Of a DNA stretch of 64,000 nucleotides, positions 48,329 through 59,432 are shown piece after piece. A program made the translations under genes and the position numbers. Location of the stretch: positions 12,955 through 76,954 of the forward strand of contig VXYV01000037.1 of the NCBI GenBank assembly GCA_009845835.1, in the 5' to 3' direction. This DNA is from Gammaproteobacteria bacterium. Lineage in GTDB: Bacteria > Pseudomonadota > Gammaproteobacteria > Pseudomonadales > Azotimanducaceae. How positions within the stretch are numbered: position 1 is the stretch's first letter; each line of letters starts with the position of its first letter. Under the pieces are notes generated by a model. That model did no database searches. It saw only the letters and a program-made list of their open reading frames with translations, and had not been told where the DNA came from.

Positions 48329-48772
48329 AGGTTTTTCGTACCTGTAGCGAATAACATAACTGTTGGAGAATAAATCGGACCACGATCGACGGTTTTTGTC
48401 AAACCAAATCCAGTAATATCCAAGTCCAAGAGTAAGTATTGAGAGCAGTTCTCCACAAAATCGAAAAAGAGCACTTCTTAATGTGAAGGTGGAAGAAGAT
48501 TTAAGTCGTAGCTTCCATGCCAACATGCCGATTGTTTGTCCACGATGGATCCAGAAAAAACAGAAAAATACAAAAGTCTCGACTAATAATATGCTCTGAA
48601 GTAAAGCACCTGTTACTTCACGGCCATTAACAAGCACGATAAGAGAAGTTGTAACAGCCCATAATGCAACTACAATCAACGTGTCATAACACAGTGCAAA
48701 AATTCGAAATCGAAACGGCGATGGACCCATTTCAAGAAGAGTGGTTTCTCGTTGTTTTTTAGGTTTCATCAC
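48269..48772 (-). CDS. RDD-family membrane protein (small)
   Basis: 167 aa containing RIFALCYDTLIV and GQTIGMLAWKLRL, with three TM helices. It converges on lptG. Confidence 0.7.
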   Translation of the reverse strand: MMKPKKQRETTLLEMGPSPFRFRIFALCYDTLIVVALWAVTTSLIVLVNGREVTGALLQSILLVETFVFFCFFWIHRGQTIGMLAWKLRLKSSSTFTLRSALFRFCGELLSILTLGLGYYWIWFDKNRRSWSDLFSNSYVIRYRYEKPSIDLPQQVNATGKNDKKRK

Positions 48773-48824
48773 ACGGTGTAGTATATCGCTGTCGCGCGGA
48801 CGAACGGACTATAATTTCTGTTGC

Positions 48825-48911
48825 GCCTGAGTGGCGAAATTGGTATACGCGCCAGACTCAAAATCTGGTGGTGGCAACACCGTGAGAGTTCGAGTCTCTC
48901 CTCAGGCACCA
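48825..48911 (+). tRNA. tRNA-Leu (anticodon CAA)
   Basis: The hand fold has acceptor GCCTGAG/CTCAGGC, anticodon stem CCAGA/TCTGG with loop CTCAAAA and a long variable arm (type II). The T arm is GAGAG-TTCGAGT-CTCTC with an encoded CCA. Length is 87 nt. Confidence 0.92.
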
Positions 48912-49675
48912 TATCGTACTCGTCTTTTCGATTGTCGATAACGTTCCGTTGGAGGTTCTTCGCATAACAGCATACCATAGTTTTGGAGTAGGTTATCAGT
49001 TTGTTTCCAGTTTGGTAGTTGTTCGGCTAGTAGCTCATAGAATGCGCGACTATGATTTCGATGTATGAAATGGCAGAGTTCATGCATGATCACTAGGTCT
49101 ATAGCTTCCATTGGAACTTTGACTAGATGAGAATTTAACTTTACTTTACGATCACGGTTACAGCTCCCCCAAAGGCTAGACATGAATCGATGCGACCATG
49201 GCGGTACTGCGTCGACAAAATTAGCTTTTTCGCACATTTGAACAATCCGTTCCTGAAAAATCGCGGTTGCATGAATTTTGTACCAAGCAAATATCACTCC
49301 TTTCAACGAAACGTCAAGAGGTTTCTTTATCGTTAAGCGGTTATTTTGATACGAAGGTTGGATTCGATTACTCGTCCTCACCGTGACGCGAACCGGTTCA
49401 GACAAAACCAAAATCGTACAACCATCTTCATAGTTCAATGGGTAACAGATTTGTGGGTCGGCTTGTGCCACTTGCATCAGTTTGTGGATTCTGTTTTCGT
49501 TATTCTTCACGAGGTTGAACAGTTCTTTGCTAGAAACTTGGGTTGGTGTAGTAACAAACAAAACTTTTTCGGGGTGATAGTGAAAACTCGCTCTACTTTT
49601 TCGAGCCCGGCTTGTTCTTTGTTCAACCCTTATCTTTTGTCCAAGAACGGACATATAGAGACAAGGTAATTTCAC
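48902..49675 (-). CDS. YgjP-like metal-dependent hydrolase (DUF45, SprT-like)
   Basis: The HExxH motif sits in the DUF45 context: DLVIMHELCHFIHRNHSRAFY. The start may be Met 8 (49654). Confidence 0.75.
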   Translation of the reverse strand: MKLPCLYMSVLGQKIRVEQRTSRARKSRASFHYHPEKVLFVTTPTQVSSKELFNLVKNNENRIHKLMQVAQADPQICYPLNYEDGCTILVLSEPVRVTVRTSNRIQPSYQNNRLTIKKPLDVSLKGVIFAWYKIHATAIFQERIVQMCEKANFVDAVPPWSHRFMSSLWGSCNRDRKVKLNSHLVKVPMEAIDLVIMHELCHFIHRNHSRAFYELLAEQLPNWKQTDNLLQNYGMLLCEEPPTERYRQSKRRVRYGA

Positions 49676-49712
49676 TTAGAGGAATTACGCGAGTTTTCGT
49701 GCGACCAAGACG

Positions 49713-50135
49713 CTAGGACGATGGTTGGATGACAACGACGGGAATTTCTCTAGAGGTCATTTGGCGATACTCTTCGTAGCGAGGAAAAATATCGGTCATT
49801 AATGTCCACAATCTCTGACGTTCTTTACCTTTCGATGTTCGCGCTACAGCATCATGTTTTGTTGGACCTACCTGTATTTCAACCTTAGGTTCATTGACTA
49901 GGTTTTTATACCAATATGGATGGTCTGTATGCCCACCTTTCGACGCGACCACCACAAAACTGTTCTCATCTTTCCCGTAGATCAGTGGAATGGTAAGTGT
50001 TTTTCCCGTTTTTCTACCGCGAGTCGAAAGTAGTAAACAGTAGAATCCGTTCCACTCGTGTCCTTCTGCTCCGTTACTTTTGATATATCGTTGTGTATGC
50101 TTTGCTGATGAGTCAATAAAAGGGTTTTGAGACAT
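49713..50135 (-). CDS. Deazaflavin-dependent nitroreductase (Ddn/PF04075) family protein
   Basis: 140 aa. LLSTRGRKTGKTLTIPLIYG..FVVVASKGGHTDHPYWYKNL...RQRLW...FPRYEEYRQMTSREIPVVV is the typical split-barrel Ddn-family pattern. Confidence 0.75.
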   Translation of the reverse strand: MSQNPFIDSSAKHTQRYIKSNGAEGHEWNGFYCLLLSTRGRKTGKTLTIPLIYGKDENSFVVVASKGGHTDHPYWYKNLVNEPKVEIQVGPTKHDAVARTSKGKERQRLWTLMTDIFPRYEEYRQMTSREIPVVVIQPSS

Positions 50136-50326
50136 AGTTTGTTGTGGTTTAGTGAAATTGAAAAAGTATTTACGTCAGCTATGACTATATCGTTTAGATT
50201 GTATAGAAAACAATCGTTCGGATTGACCTGCCACTGTAATCAAGCCGAACACGATACCTCAAAGTTACTTACATTGGTTGGAAGAGTAAATAGTTACTTG
50301 AGATCAACTAAATTTGATTGTGATTG

Positions 50327-51871
50327 CTACCAGACGAGGATCTCAAGTTCGCGCGCAACTTGTTCGAATTCATCCAATTTCACCGATTGTCTGAAATCAA
50401 GAACATTCTCTTCATTGATATAGTCGATTGCTTGTTCGCAATTGATGTAGTCCGAATCCGGCTGGTCACTTGGCTTTGATTGTGGTCTTGAATGTTCGTC
50501 GTTGAGTTGTTTTGCTCGAATGGCGTTCATATTAAATGCACCGCAAATTCGATTACAGAGATGGTCGACAAGCCATTGTAAATCGTATTGATAACCTAGT
50601 TCATCAAATTGAACTAATCCTTGTATACTTTCTTTGAGTACATTAATCAATTCCTTTAGCGGTTCGTTCGAGTGTTCAATCGTTCCACCAAATTGAATGG
50701 CACTTTGATTAAATGAAACAATGTCGGTCCATGGATATTCTTGACGCAAATACGATTGTATTTCTGTAGTATGTGGGTGTTCAAGATTAAATACAACTGT
50801 TGATAAACTCGCCGTGAAATCCCCAAAATGTGCGGCAATGGCAAACATAACCTTGGATAGATTCTCCGCAATCACATGTGTATACCGAGCATCGGGAACT
50901 TCGTCTAAGGAAACTCCCAAAGCATTCCCTATTTCCATGAGTTTATCGTAGGTTTTGCGATCAACATCTTCCGGCGAGAACAGCAACTTTTCGAGTCCAA
51001 ATTCAGCACATTTTTTGTTCATCCAAATTGAATATAGAAGCGATTCGGAATCGTTGGCTGAGACACGATCAAATTGATTTTGGTTAATTATTCCTTGTTT
51101 GTTTGTTGCCCAAATGATTTGTGTGTTTTTGTTACGGGCAATTATTCTCTCAATACTTGGTCGAGGTGTATTAGGATATAAGCTTTCTTCGTCTACGTAC
51201 AGACTTCCTCTATATAGAGATCTAAATTCTTCGTACACTCCATCGAAATGCAATGTATTAGTCTGAACTCCACAGGCGTCTGTAAACGCGGCGAAGGCAG
51301 TAAACGATTCTGCGTGACAAGCTTTATTAAGTTCAGGAGATAAAAAGGGTACTTCAGTAAACAGACACTCTTCTTGCTTTAACGCTTCAAGAACAAGATC
51401 GCGATCTGTCTGTGGCTGTTTAAAAATTCGTTCATTGGACATTGTTTCAGGAATTGTGATCCACGTCGAACCGCGATGCCCGACGTATTCACGGGCGTCA
51501 AAATACTCTTCCAAAGTTTGCCAGCATTCGTTGGTGAAAATTGACAAATCTGAATTTTCAAAACTGTTGCGTGTAATTATGTGACTATCGGGACACACGC
51601 GGAGAACGTCGAAGCGATTTATATTCGGTTCAGTGCGATTGTTTATGACTTTGGATGTTTGTGGTGATTTACTCGTATTTTCTAATTTCGTTTCTAAGTG
51701 TTCTATTTCGGGTACAGATTCTGCGATATTTGAACTCTTATCGGACTTTAGCAAAATTATTCCAAAAACGCTAACCAAGAATAAGCCAAGGAATACACTA
51801 GCTAACATCCCGATCATGTACAGACCTTGAACTTTCTTCACGAGTCGTCTGCTCCATGGAAGGTAGAGCAA
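50327..51871 (-). CDS. Hypothetical membrane-anchored/secreted protein (orphan)
   Basis: 514 aa with an N-terminal anchor (MIGMLASVFLGLFLVSVFGIILL). It is Cys-containing and acidic, with no motif I recognise. The start is 51871 or Met 19 (51817). Confidence 0.65.
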   Translation of the reverse strand: MLYLPWSRRLVKKVQGLYMIGMLASVFLGLFLVSVFGIILLKSDKSSNIAESVPEIEHLETKLENTSKSPQTSKVINNRTEPNINRFDVLRVCPDSHIITRNSFENSDLSIFTNECWQTLEEYFDAREYVGHRGSTWITIPETMSNERIFKQPQTDRDLVLEALKQEECLFTEVPFLSPELNKACHAESFTAFAAFTDACGVQTNTLHFDGVYEEFRSLYRGSLYVDEESLYPNTPRPSIERIIARNKNTQIIWATNKQGIINQNQFDRVSANDSESLLYSIWMNKKCAEFGLEKLLFSPEDVDRKTYDKLMEIGNALGVSLDEVPDARYTHVIAENLSKVMFAIAAHFGDFTASLSTVVFNLEHPHTTEIQSYLRQEYPWTDIVSFNQSAIQFGGTIEHSNEPLKELINVLKESIQGLVQFDELGYQYDLQWLVDHLCNRICGAFNMNAIRAKQLNDEHSRPQSKPSDQPDSDYINCEQAIDYINEENVLDFRQSVKLDEFEQVARELEILVW

Positions 51872-52926
51872 GGTTCAATTTTTTGCTTGATATCGTAATT
51901 AGGATTCGGAGGACTGCCTAATAATTCATTCGCACCTAAATTCCCTAGTTCATCTTCAAAGTAAGCTTCCAACTGAGCGTCAGAGTAATCGTCATCTTGG
52001 CTAATCTCTTTTGACTTTATCAAATTATCTCGTAAATCACTAATTAGTTCAAGAAGTTCGGTTTGATCTTGAAAAAGATATCTAGGTTCTATTGCATGTG
52101 CTGAATCTATTAGGTTGTAAGTTTCTTCTTGTACCCAGATTTCCTCGCTAAACTTTTGGTCAAAAGGGACATCAACCTCGTTACCATCTTTATCTACAAA
52201 GATTCTAAAAGCTTTGTTAACTTGGTGTTCCTCAACATGTAGCAATTCGTGGAGAATTGATTGATAGACAGTAGTGTAGAGATCGTGTGGATAATCCATA
52301 CCCGAAAGCTTGATTCGGACTGGAATAGTACCTTCTATTGGCAGCATGTCAGCGTTTTTACCGTAAAGTTGGTCTGCCGTAATTTCAAAATCCAGAGTCT
52401 TGTTTATATCGATTTCACTGACAACACAATCCGATATACGTTTCACAAATTTGTTTAAGGCTTTTCGTTTTTCCTTTTGAATATAGTTATAGGTTTCAAT
52501 TGAAAGAAACCCAGCGGGTTTAGACATATCGTCAGATGCTTCGTTGAGGTCAAGATGTTTGGGGCCCCAATTAGAGTAATTTGTTGGATTTTGTACGGCA
52601 TCCAAGATATCCATGAGATTGTCCATCGCTGATGACATCTTTTCGTCGATTTCTTCGCATGTAGCCAAACAACTATCTGCAAAACAAAAAGACTGAAACT
52701 CGAACAAGTTAACATCTCCCCACATTTGAAGAATGTTGTCGTAAGGAAATTCTTCGCCTTCACACAAAGAAGTTTTGAATGCAATTACAGAGGTATCTAC
52801 CGAAATGGATGACGAGTATACCGACGCACTTCTTAGTACGAAACAAGTTAATATAAGAACTAGCCCATTAATCGTTAGCACACGGGCATGCGAGATTGAT
52901 TTGGTCATGAGTGTAACGTTTGTCAA
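51838..52926 (-). CDS. Hypothetical secreted protein with HExxH motif (possible zinc metallopeptidase)
   Basis: 362 aa with an N-terminal anchor (VLTINGLVLILTCFVL) and a Cys-rich N-domain. It has a single HELLH (YQSILHELLHVEEH) and an acidic C-terminal tail. Confidence 0.6.
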   Translation of the reverse strand: MTNVTLMTKSISHARVLTINGLVLILTCFVLRSASVYSSSISVDTSVIAFKTSLCEGEEFPYDNILQMWGDVNLFEFQSFCFADSCLATCEEIDEKMSSAMDNLMDILDAVQNPTNYSNWGPKHLDLNEASDDMSKPAGFLSIETYNYIQKEKRKALNKFVKRISDCVVSEIDINKTLDFEITADQLYGKNADMLPIEGTIPVRIKLSGMDYPHDLYTTVYQSILHELLHVEEHQVNKAFRIFVDKDGNEVDVPFDQKFSEEIWVQEETYNLIDSAHAIEPRYLFQDQTELLELISDLRDNLIKSKEISQDDDYSDAQLEAYFEDELGNLGANELLGSPPNPNYDIKQKIEPCSTFHGADDS

Positions 52927-52995
52927 ATCATTGATTAAATTTCTGTATTCTAATCGACTGACTTTTTAGTTTTACATTAACCACAATAGACATTT

Positions 52996-55096
<2,101 letters not shown>

Positions 55097-55230
55097 ATCG
55101 AAACACAAACAAGTGCCGCCCGCTAGTTGGCCTTTAAGTGTAAACTGAATTGGGATTAGTTTTGCAACAACGTATGCGTATGTCTTTCGAATACCATCAA
55201 ACCGATGGTTAGAATCTCACACATTCACAA

Positions 55231-55235
55231 AGGAG
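55231..55235 (+). promoter_or_regulatory. Shine-Dalgarno AGGAG for yajC
   Basis: AAAGGAG ends 7 nt upstream of ATG 55243. Confidence 0.6.
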
Positions 55236-55242
55236 AACTTTC

Positions 55243-55587
55243 ATGAACTTTCTTGAGGCAACAGCTTATGCAGCTGCTAGTGGAGCTGGTGGCGAAGGCG
55301 GTGGAAACATTTTTTTCACATTGCTGATGATCGGCGGATTCATCTTGATTTTTTACTTCCTCCTCATCAGACCACAGTCCAAGCAAAGAAAACAACATCA
55401 GGAACTCATTGCTGCCATCGGTCGTGGAGACGAAGTAGTTATGGCAGGTGGAATCATGGGCATTATCACAAAAGTAGATGAAAATAGTGTCAATGTCAAG
55501 GTTGCTAAAAACACTGAGTTGCATTTTCAAAAGCAAGCTGTGCAAGCCACGTTGCCGAAGGGTACTGTTCAGAACCTAAATGGCTGA
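55243..55587 (+). CDS. yajC: Preprotein translocase subunit YajC
   Basis: It has a single TM helix followed by IRPQSKQRKQHQELI..GDEVVMAGGIMG. Confidence 0.93.
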   Translation: MNFLEATAYAAASGAGGEGGGNIFFTLLMIGGFILIFYFLLIRPQSKQRKQHQELIAAIGRGDEVVMAGGIMGIITKVDENSVNVKVAKNTELHFQKQAVQATLPKGTVQNLNG

Positions 55588-57523
55588 TACCCGAGTTTTC
55601 GGCCAAAATATGTTTGGCACGCAAAGCTCTAGAAAGAACCCCAATCGGTATCCCGTTTGGCGATATGTTGTATCGTTAGTAGCGGTACTGATTGCGGTGA
55701 TTTTCGCTTTACCTAATCTTTATCCACCGGATCCTGCTATCCAAGTGCAAACTGACAATGCAGAAACGAATGGGAAACCCTTCAATATTGGACCAAATTT
55801 TCTCGAGCAAGTTGCTGACTATTTGACCGACAACGGTATTGAACTTATTGGACAAGAATTGCTCGATAATGGTGCGCAATTTCGTGTAACAACGGATGCC
55901 GATCAGTTGCGCGCGAAAACGCTTTTGGAAGATCGGTTGAACCCCTTTGGTAAAGACCGGCAGTTTGTTGTAGCGTTGAATCGAGCAAAAACTACACCCG
56001 CATGGCTACAAAAAATAGGTGGGAGGCCGATGACTTTGGGACTCGACCTAGCAGGTGGCATCCATTTTGTTTTACAGGTCGATATGACTGCTGCGGTTCG
56101 TGATCAATTGGAAAGTGCGGCAGAAGAGATTCAATCTACATTACGGTCCTCTGAGAACCGAATTCGTTATTTGCCTGGGACCGATGTTGTTGAAGATCGC
56201 ACTCTAACTCTTCAGTTTCCCGATTTAGTAACACGCGATGCAGCATTCGAAGTTCTTAGCAATACCTACGGACCTCCTAACTTCCAACTCGATTACTATA
56301 CCGTCGGTGAACAACCAGCTATTCAACTAACTATTACCAGTTCATACATCGAAGAACTGGAGGATGTTGCCATTGAGCAAAACCTCACGGGACTGCGGAG
56401 TCGCGTCAATGAACTCAACGTTTCGGAACCTTTAGTTCAAAGGCTAGGTCAATCACGTATAGTCGTGGAATTACCCGGTGTACAAGATAGTGGCGAAGCA
56501 AAACGGATCTTGGACAAGTTTGCGACACTTGAGTTTAGACTCGTTGCAAAACCTGACGACAAGGAAAGTGATATCGAGACTTTTCCTTACGAAGACAGAC
56601 AAGTCAAATTACAGAAGAAAATTATCGTAACTGGAGAAAATGTCGTTAACGCTCAACCGGGGGTAGATCCTGAAACTAGCTTACCACAAGTCAGTATTAC
56701 GTTGAATAGTGAAGGCGGACAACAACTTCACAGAATCACAAAGGACAACGTAAATGAGCCGATGGGAATTTTGTTTATTGAACAAAAGCCAGTTGTGATA
56801 TCGCAAGTGATAGATGGTGAACGGGTGGAGACAACTAGAATCGAATCTGAACGCCGTCTTATCAGTGTGTCCAATATAGCAGAACCGTTAGGATATCGTT
56901 CCCGTATTACAGGAATTGGTTCTCAAGAGGCGCGTGAATTGTCCATTCTTTTGCGCGCTGGCGCGTTAGCAGCCCCAATGTACTTTGTGGAAGAACGCAC
57001 TGTAGGTGCCTCTTTAGGTGCTGAAAATATAAATCGTGGTGTCGCTGCAGTGACGATCGGCTTTGTCCTCGTTTTGCTCTTTATGTTGGTGTACTACAAA
57101 GTATTTGGGTTTATCGCCAATATTGCATTGACTTTGAATTTGATTGTTTTGATTGCGATTATGTCCATGTTAGGAGCGACATTAACGTTACCAGGCATCG
57201 CTGGGATCGTCTTGACGGTCGGTATGGCTGTCGACGCCAACGTACTTATATTCTCTCGCATACGGGAAGAACTTAAACACTCGACACCTGCTGTAGCTAT
57301 TCCTGCGGGGTACGATAGGGCATTCCGAACGATTTTGGATGCTAACATCACAACTTTATTTGTTGCACTCATATTGTTAACAATTGGAAGCGGTCCGATA
57401 GCTGGATTCGCCATTACACTCTCCATTGGGATTTTGACTTCAATGTTTACCGCAATTTTTGTATCGCGCGGTGTCGTACATCTTGTTTACGGTCGGCGAA
57501 AAGTTGAGAGGTTATGGATCTAA
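55580..57523 (+). CDS. secD: Protein translocase subunit SecD
   Basis: It contains NRYPVWRYVV..ALPNLY and a large periplasmic domain. The C-terminal TM bundle is DANVLIFSRIREE. The start may be Met 11 (55610). Confidence 0.94.
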   Translation: MADTRVFGQNMFGTQSSRKNPNRYPVWRYVVSLVAVLIAVIFALPNLYPPDPAIQVQTDNAETNGKPFNIGPNFLEQVADYLTDNGIELIGQELLDNGAQFRVTTDADQLRAKTLLEDRLNPFGKDRQFVVALNRAKTTPAWLQKIGGRPMTLGLDLAGGIHFVLQVDMTAAVRDQLESAAEEIQSTLRSSENRIRYLPGTDVVEDRTLTLQFPDLVTRDAAFEVLSNTYGPPNFQLDYYTVGEQPAIQLTITSSYIEELEDVAIEQNLTGLRSRVNELNVSEPLVQRLGQSRIVVELPGVQDSGEAKRILDKFATLEFRLVAKPDDKESDIETFPYEDRQVKLQKKIIVTGENVVNAQPGVDPETSLPQVSITLNSEGGQQLHRITKDNVNEPMGILFIEQKPVVISQVIDGERVETTRIESERRLISVSNIAEPLGYRSRITGIGSQEARELSILLRAGALAAPMYFVEERTVGASLGAENINRGVAAVTIGFVLVLLFMLVYYKVFGFIANIALTLNLIVLIAIMSMLGATLTLPGIAGIVLTVGMAVDANVLIFSRIREELKHSTPAVAIPAGYDRAFRTILDANITTLFVALILLTIGSGPIAGFAITLSIGILTSMFTAIFVSRGVVHLVYGRRKVERLWI

Positions 57524-58431
57524 TGAAAATCGATTTCATGTCACGACGATTTATCGCCATGATTAGCTCGGGAGCGTTATTACTTGTGTCAATTGTCTCG
57601 CTCTCGTTCATGCAGTTAAATTGGGGACTCGATTTCACTGGGGGTGTGTTGGTGGAATTGGGATTTGAAGAAGCAATCGAACTTGACGAAGTTCGCGAAA
57701 AGCTTGATGAAAAAGGATACGAAAACGCCGTCGTTCAATATTTAGGAAGTGAACGCGAAGTAGTTGTCAGAGTTCCTCCGTTGGCCGACGTAGATCAATC
57801 CACAATCGGGAATCAGATTCATCGCGACCTTGAAGAAGTTTATGGAACTATCGATCTTAGAAAAGCTGATTTCGTTGGACCAGCGATTGGTTCTGAACTG
57901 ACGGAACAGGGTGGTCTTGCGCTACTCATAGCTCTCATATCAGTGATGATTTACATTATGTTTCGATTCACTGGAAAGTTTGCACTTGGTGCCGTCGCTG
58001 CTCTAATTCACGATGTTATTATTGTCTTAGGTATTTTTTCTCTAATGCGATGGCGGTTTAATTTAGCTGAGTTAGCCGCGCTACTGGCTGTAATAGGTTA
58101 TTCTTTGAACGACACGATCGTGGTTTCAGACCGTATTCGTGAAAATTTTCGGAGTACAAAACGAGGGACTGTGATTGAAATCATCAACCGTTCATTGAAT
58201 CAAACACTTGCGCGAACTTTGGTAACCTCCATTACCACGCTTCTAGTACTGGTAGCTTTGCTAGTCGCTGCGGGAGAACAACTTCGCGGTTTTGCGACAG
58301 CACTGTCGATAGGTGTAGTAGTTGGTACTTACTCTTCGATTTTCGTTACGGCTAGTTCCCTAGTCACATTAAAGGTACGAAGTGAGGATCTAGAACTTCC
58401 TGAGAAGGAAGGCCAACACGCGGTTTCCTAA
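57523..58431 (+). CDS. secF: Protein translocase subunit SecF
   Basis: MKIDFMSRRF begins at a TAATG junction with secD, followed by LGLDFTGG and GYSLNDTIVVSDRIREN. An alternative ATG lies at 57514. Confidence 0.93.
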   Translation: MKIDFMSRRFIAMISSGALLLVSIVSLSFMQLNWGLDFTGGVLVELGFEEAIELDEVREKLDEKGYENAVVQYLGSEREVVVRVPPLADVDQSTIGNQIHRDLEEVYGTIDLRKADFVGPAIGSELTEQGGLALLIALISVMIYIMFRFTGKFALGAVAALIHDVIIVLGIFSLMRWRFNLAELAALLAVIGYSLNDTIVVSDRIRENFRSTKRGTVIEIINRSLNQTLARTLVTSITTLLVLVALLVAAGEQLRGFATALSIGVVVGTYSSIFVTASSLVTLKVRSEDLELPEKEGQHAVS

Positions 58432-58538
58432 GCTTCAATAATTTAACCTGATTCTCTTCGATTAGTAGCTGGAGTAAATGTTACGTCTTACATCAATCAA
58501 CAGGAACAACATGCGATTAAAACAGTCAACACCAAGTA

Positions 58539-59318
58539 CTATTTGTTTATACTCTCACTCAGCGCAAGCGAATTACTGAGCAATCCGAATAGACTCGGAT
58601 TCGAAAAAACAGTGTAAGAATTCGCTGAGCAAGAACCTGTCGCCATGCCACCTGCTTCACTCACAAGAAGTGCACCGATCTGCTTGGTAATTAACGAATC
58701 GATGCTTGCGATACAACCATCATGTTTACCTTGTGCAACTCTTGCGATGTCGAGTGAGGTGCAACCACTCGTACGGAACTCGACTCGATGATGGTAAAGC
58801 AATTTGATGTACTCTACTAATTTCGAGTTTTGCCGAGGATCTGAGGAGTGAAATCCGGATAACGCAATCACGGATTCTGCAAGTTTGTTCGTCGTGGAAA
58901 CTCGTAAACGATTTCGATTGACTTGGGCACCAAGTTCTACGGTCGCGAAAAACTCTTGATCGTCAACATAATGGTAAATCAACGAGTGACGGATAACGCC
59001 ATTTTCATAAATTCCTATAGCAGCACAAAAGTCGTTCAACGATCGCAGAAAATTAGTTTCACCGTCAAGAACTTCAATGAACCATTGCACGGAATCTTTA
59101 GTTGGATTTAACGTAAAGTCACTGGAGACTGAATGAGTAGGGTATGCTCGTATGATTTGATCTTCGAATATGTGCAGCATCTCGGATCGAAGGTTTTTTA
59201 TGAAGGTCTGTAATGCTGTTCTACCCATCCTACCGTATGGAGGTCGATCATAGGTAGGTAATATCTGTTTACCGACCTGTCTGGCTGTTCGAAGCCCGAT
59301 TCGTACTAAAGGATCCAT
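58539..59318 (-). CDS. suhB: SuhB/inositol-monophosphatase-fold protein with degenerate catalytic motifs
   Basis: 259 aa, collinear with E. coli SuhB and divergent from trmJ as in other Gammaproteobacteria. However, the signature reads WFIEVLDGETNF instead of WVIDPLDGTTNF, and the EESG and WD..AG motifs are not conserved. Confidence 0.75.
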   Translation of the reverse strand: MDPLVRIGLRTARQVGKQILPTYDRPPYGRMGRTALQTFIKNLRSEMLHIFEDQIIRAYPTHSVSSDFTLNPTKDSVQWFIEVLDGETNFLRSLNDFCAAIGIYENGVIRHSLIYHYVDDQEFFATVELGAQVNRNRLRVSTTNKLAESVIALSGFHSSDPRQNSKLVEYIKLLYHHRVEFRTSGCTSLDIARVAQGKHDGCIASIDSLITKQIGALLVSEAGGMATGSCSANSYTVFSNPSLFGLLSNSLALSESINK

Positions 59319-59432
59319 GTTCTATCTAGTTGAAAACTTATGATCAAGACTGAGTTCTTTGAAAGCATTCACTCATCTATTATTGTGATTAAGTGAATAA
59401 TACTAGTTTCTTATTGGTAGGTTGGTTGTAAA

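Noticed and set aside
48902-48911. 10-nt overlap of the DUF45 ORF stop region with the 3' acceptor/CCA end of tRNA-Leu on the opposite strand
   Set aside because: This is a trivial antisense overlap of a few codons. It is noted only in the context of the possible island boundary.
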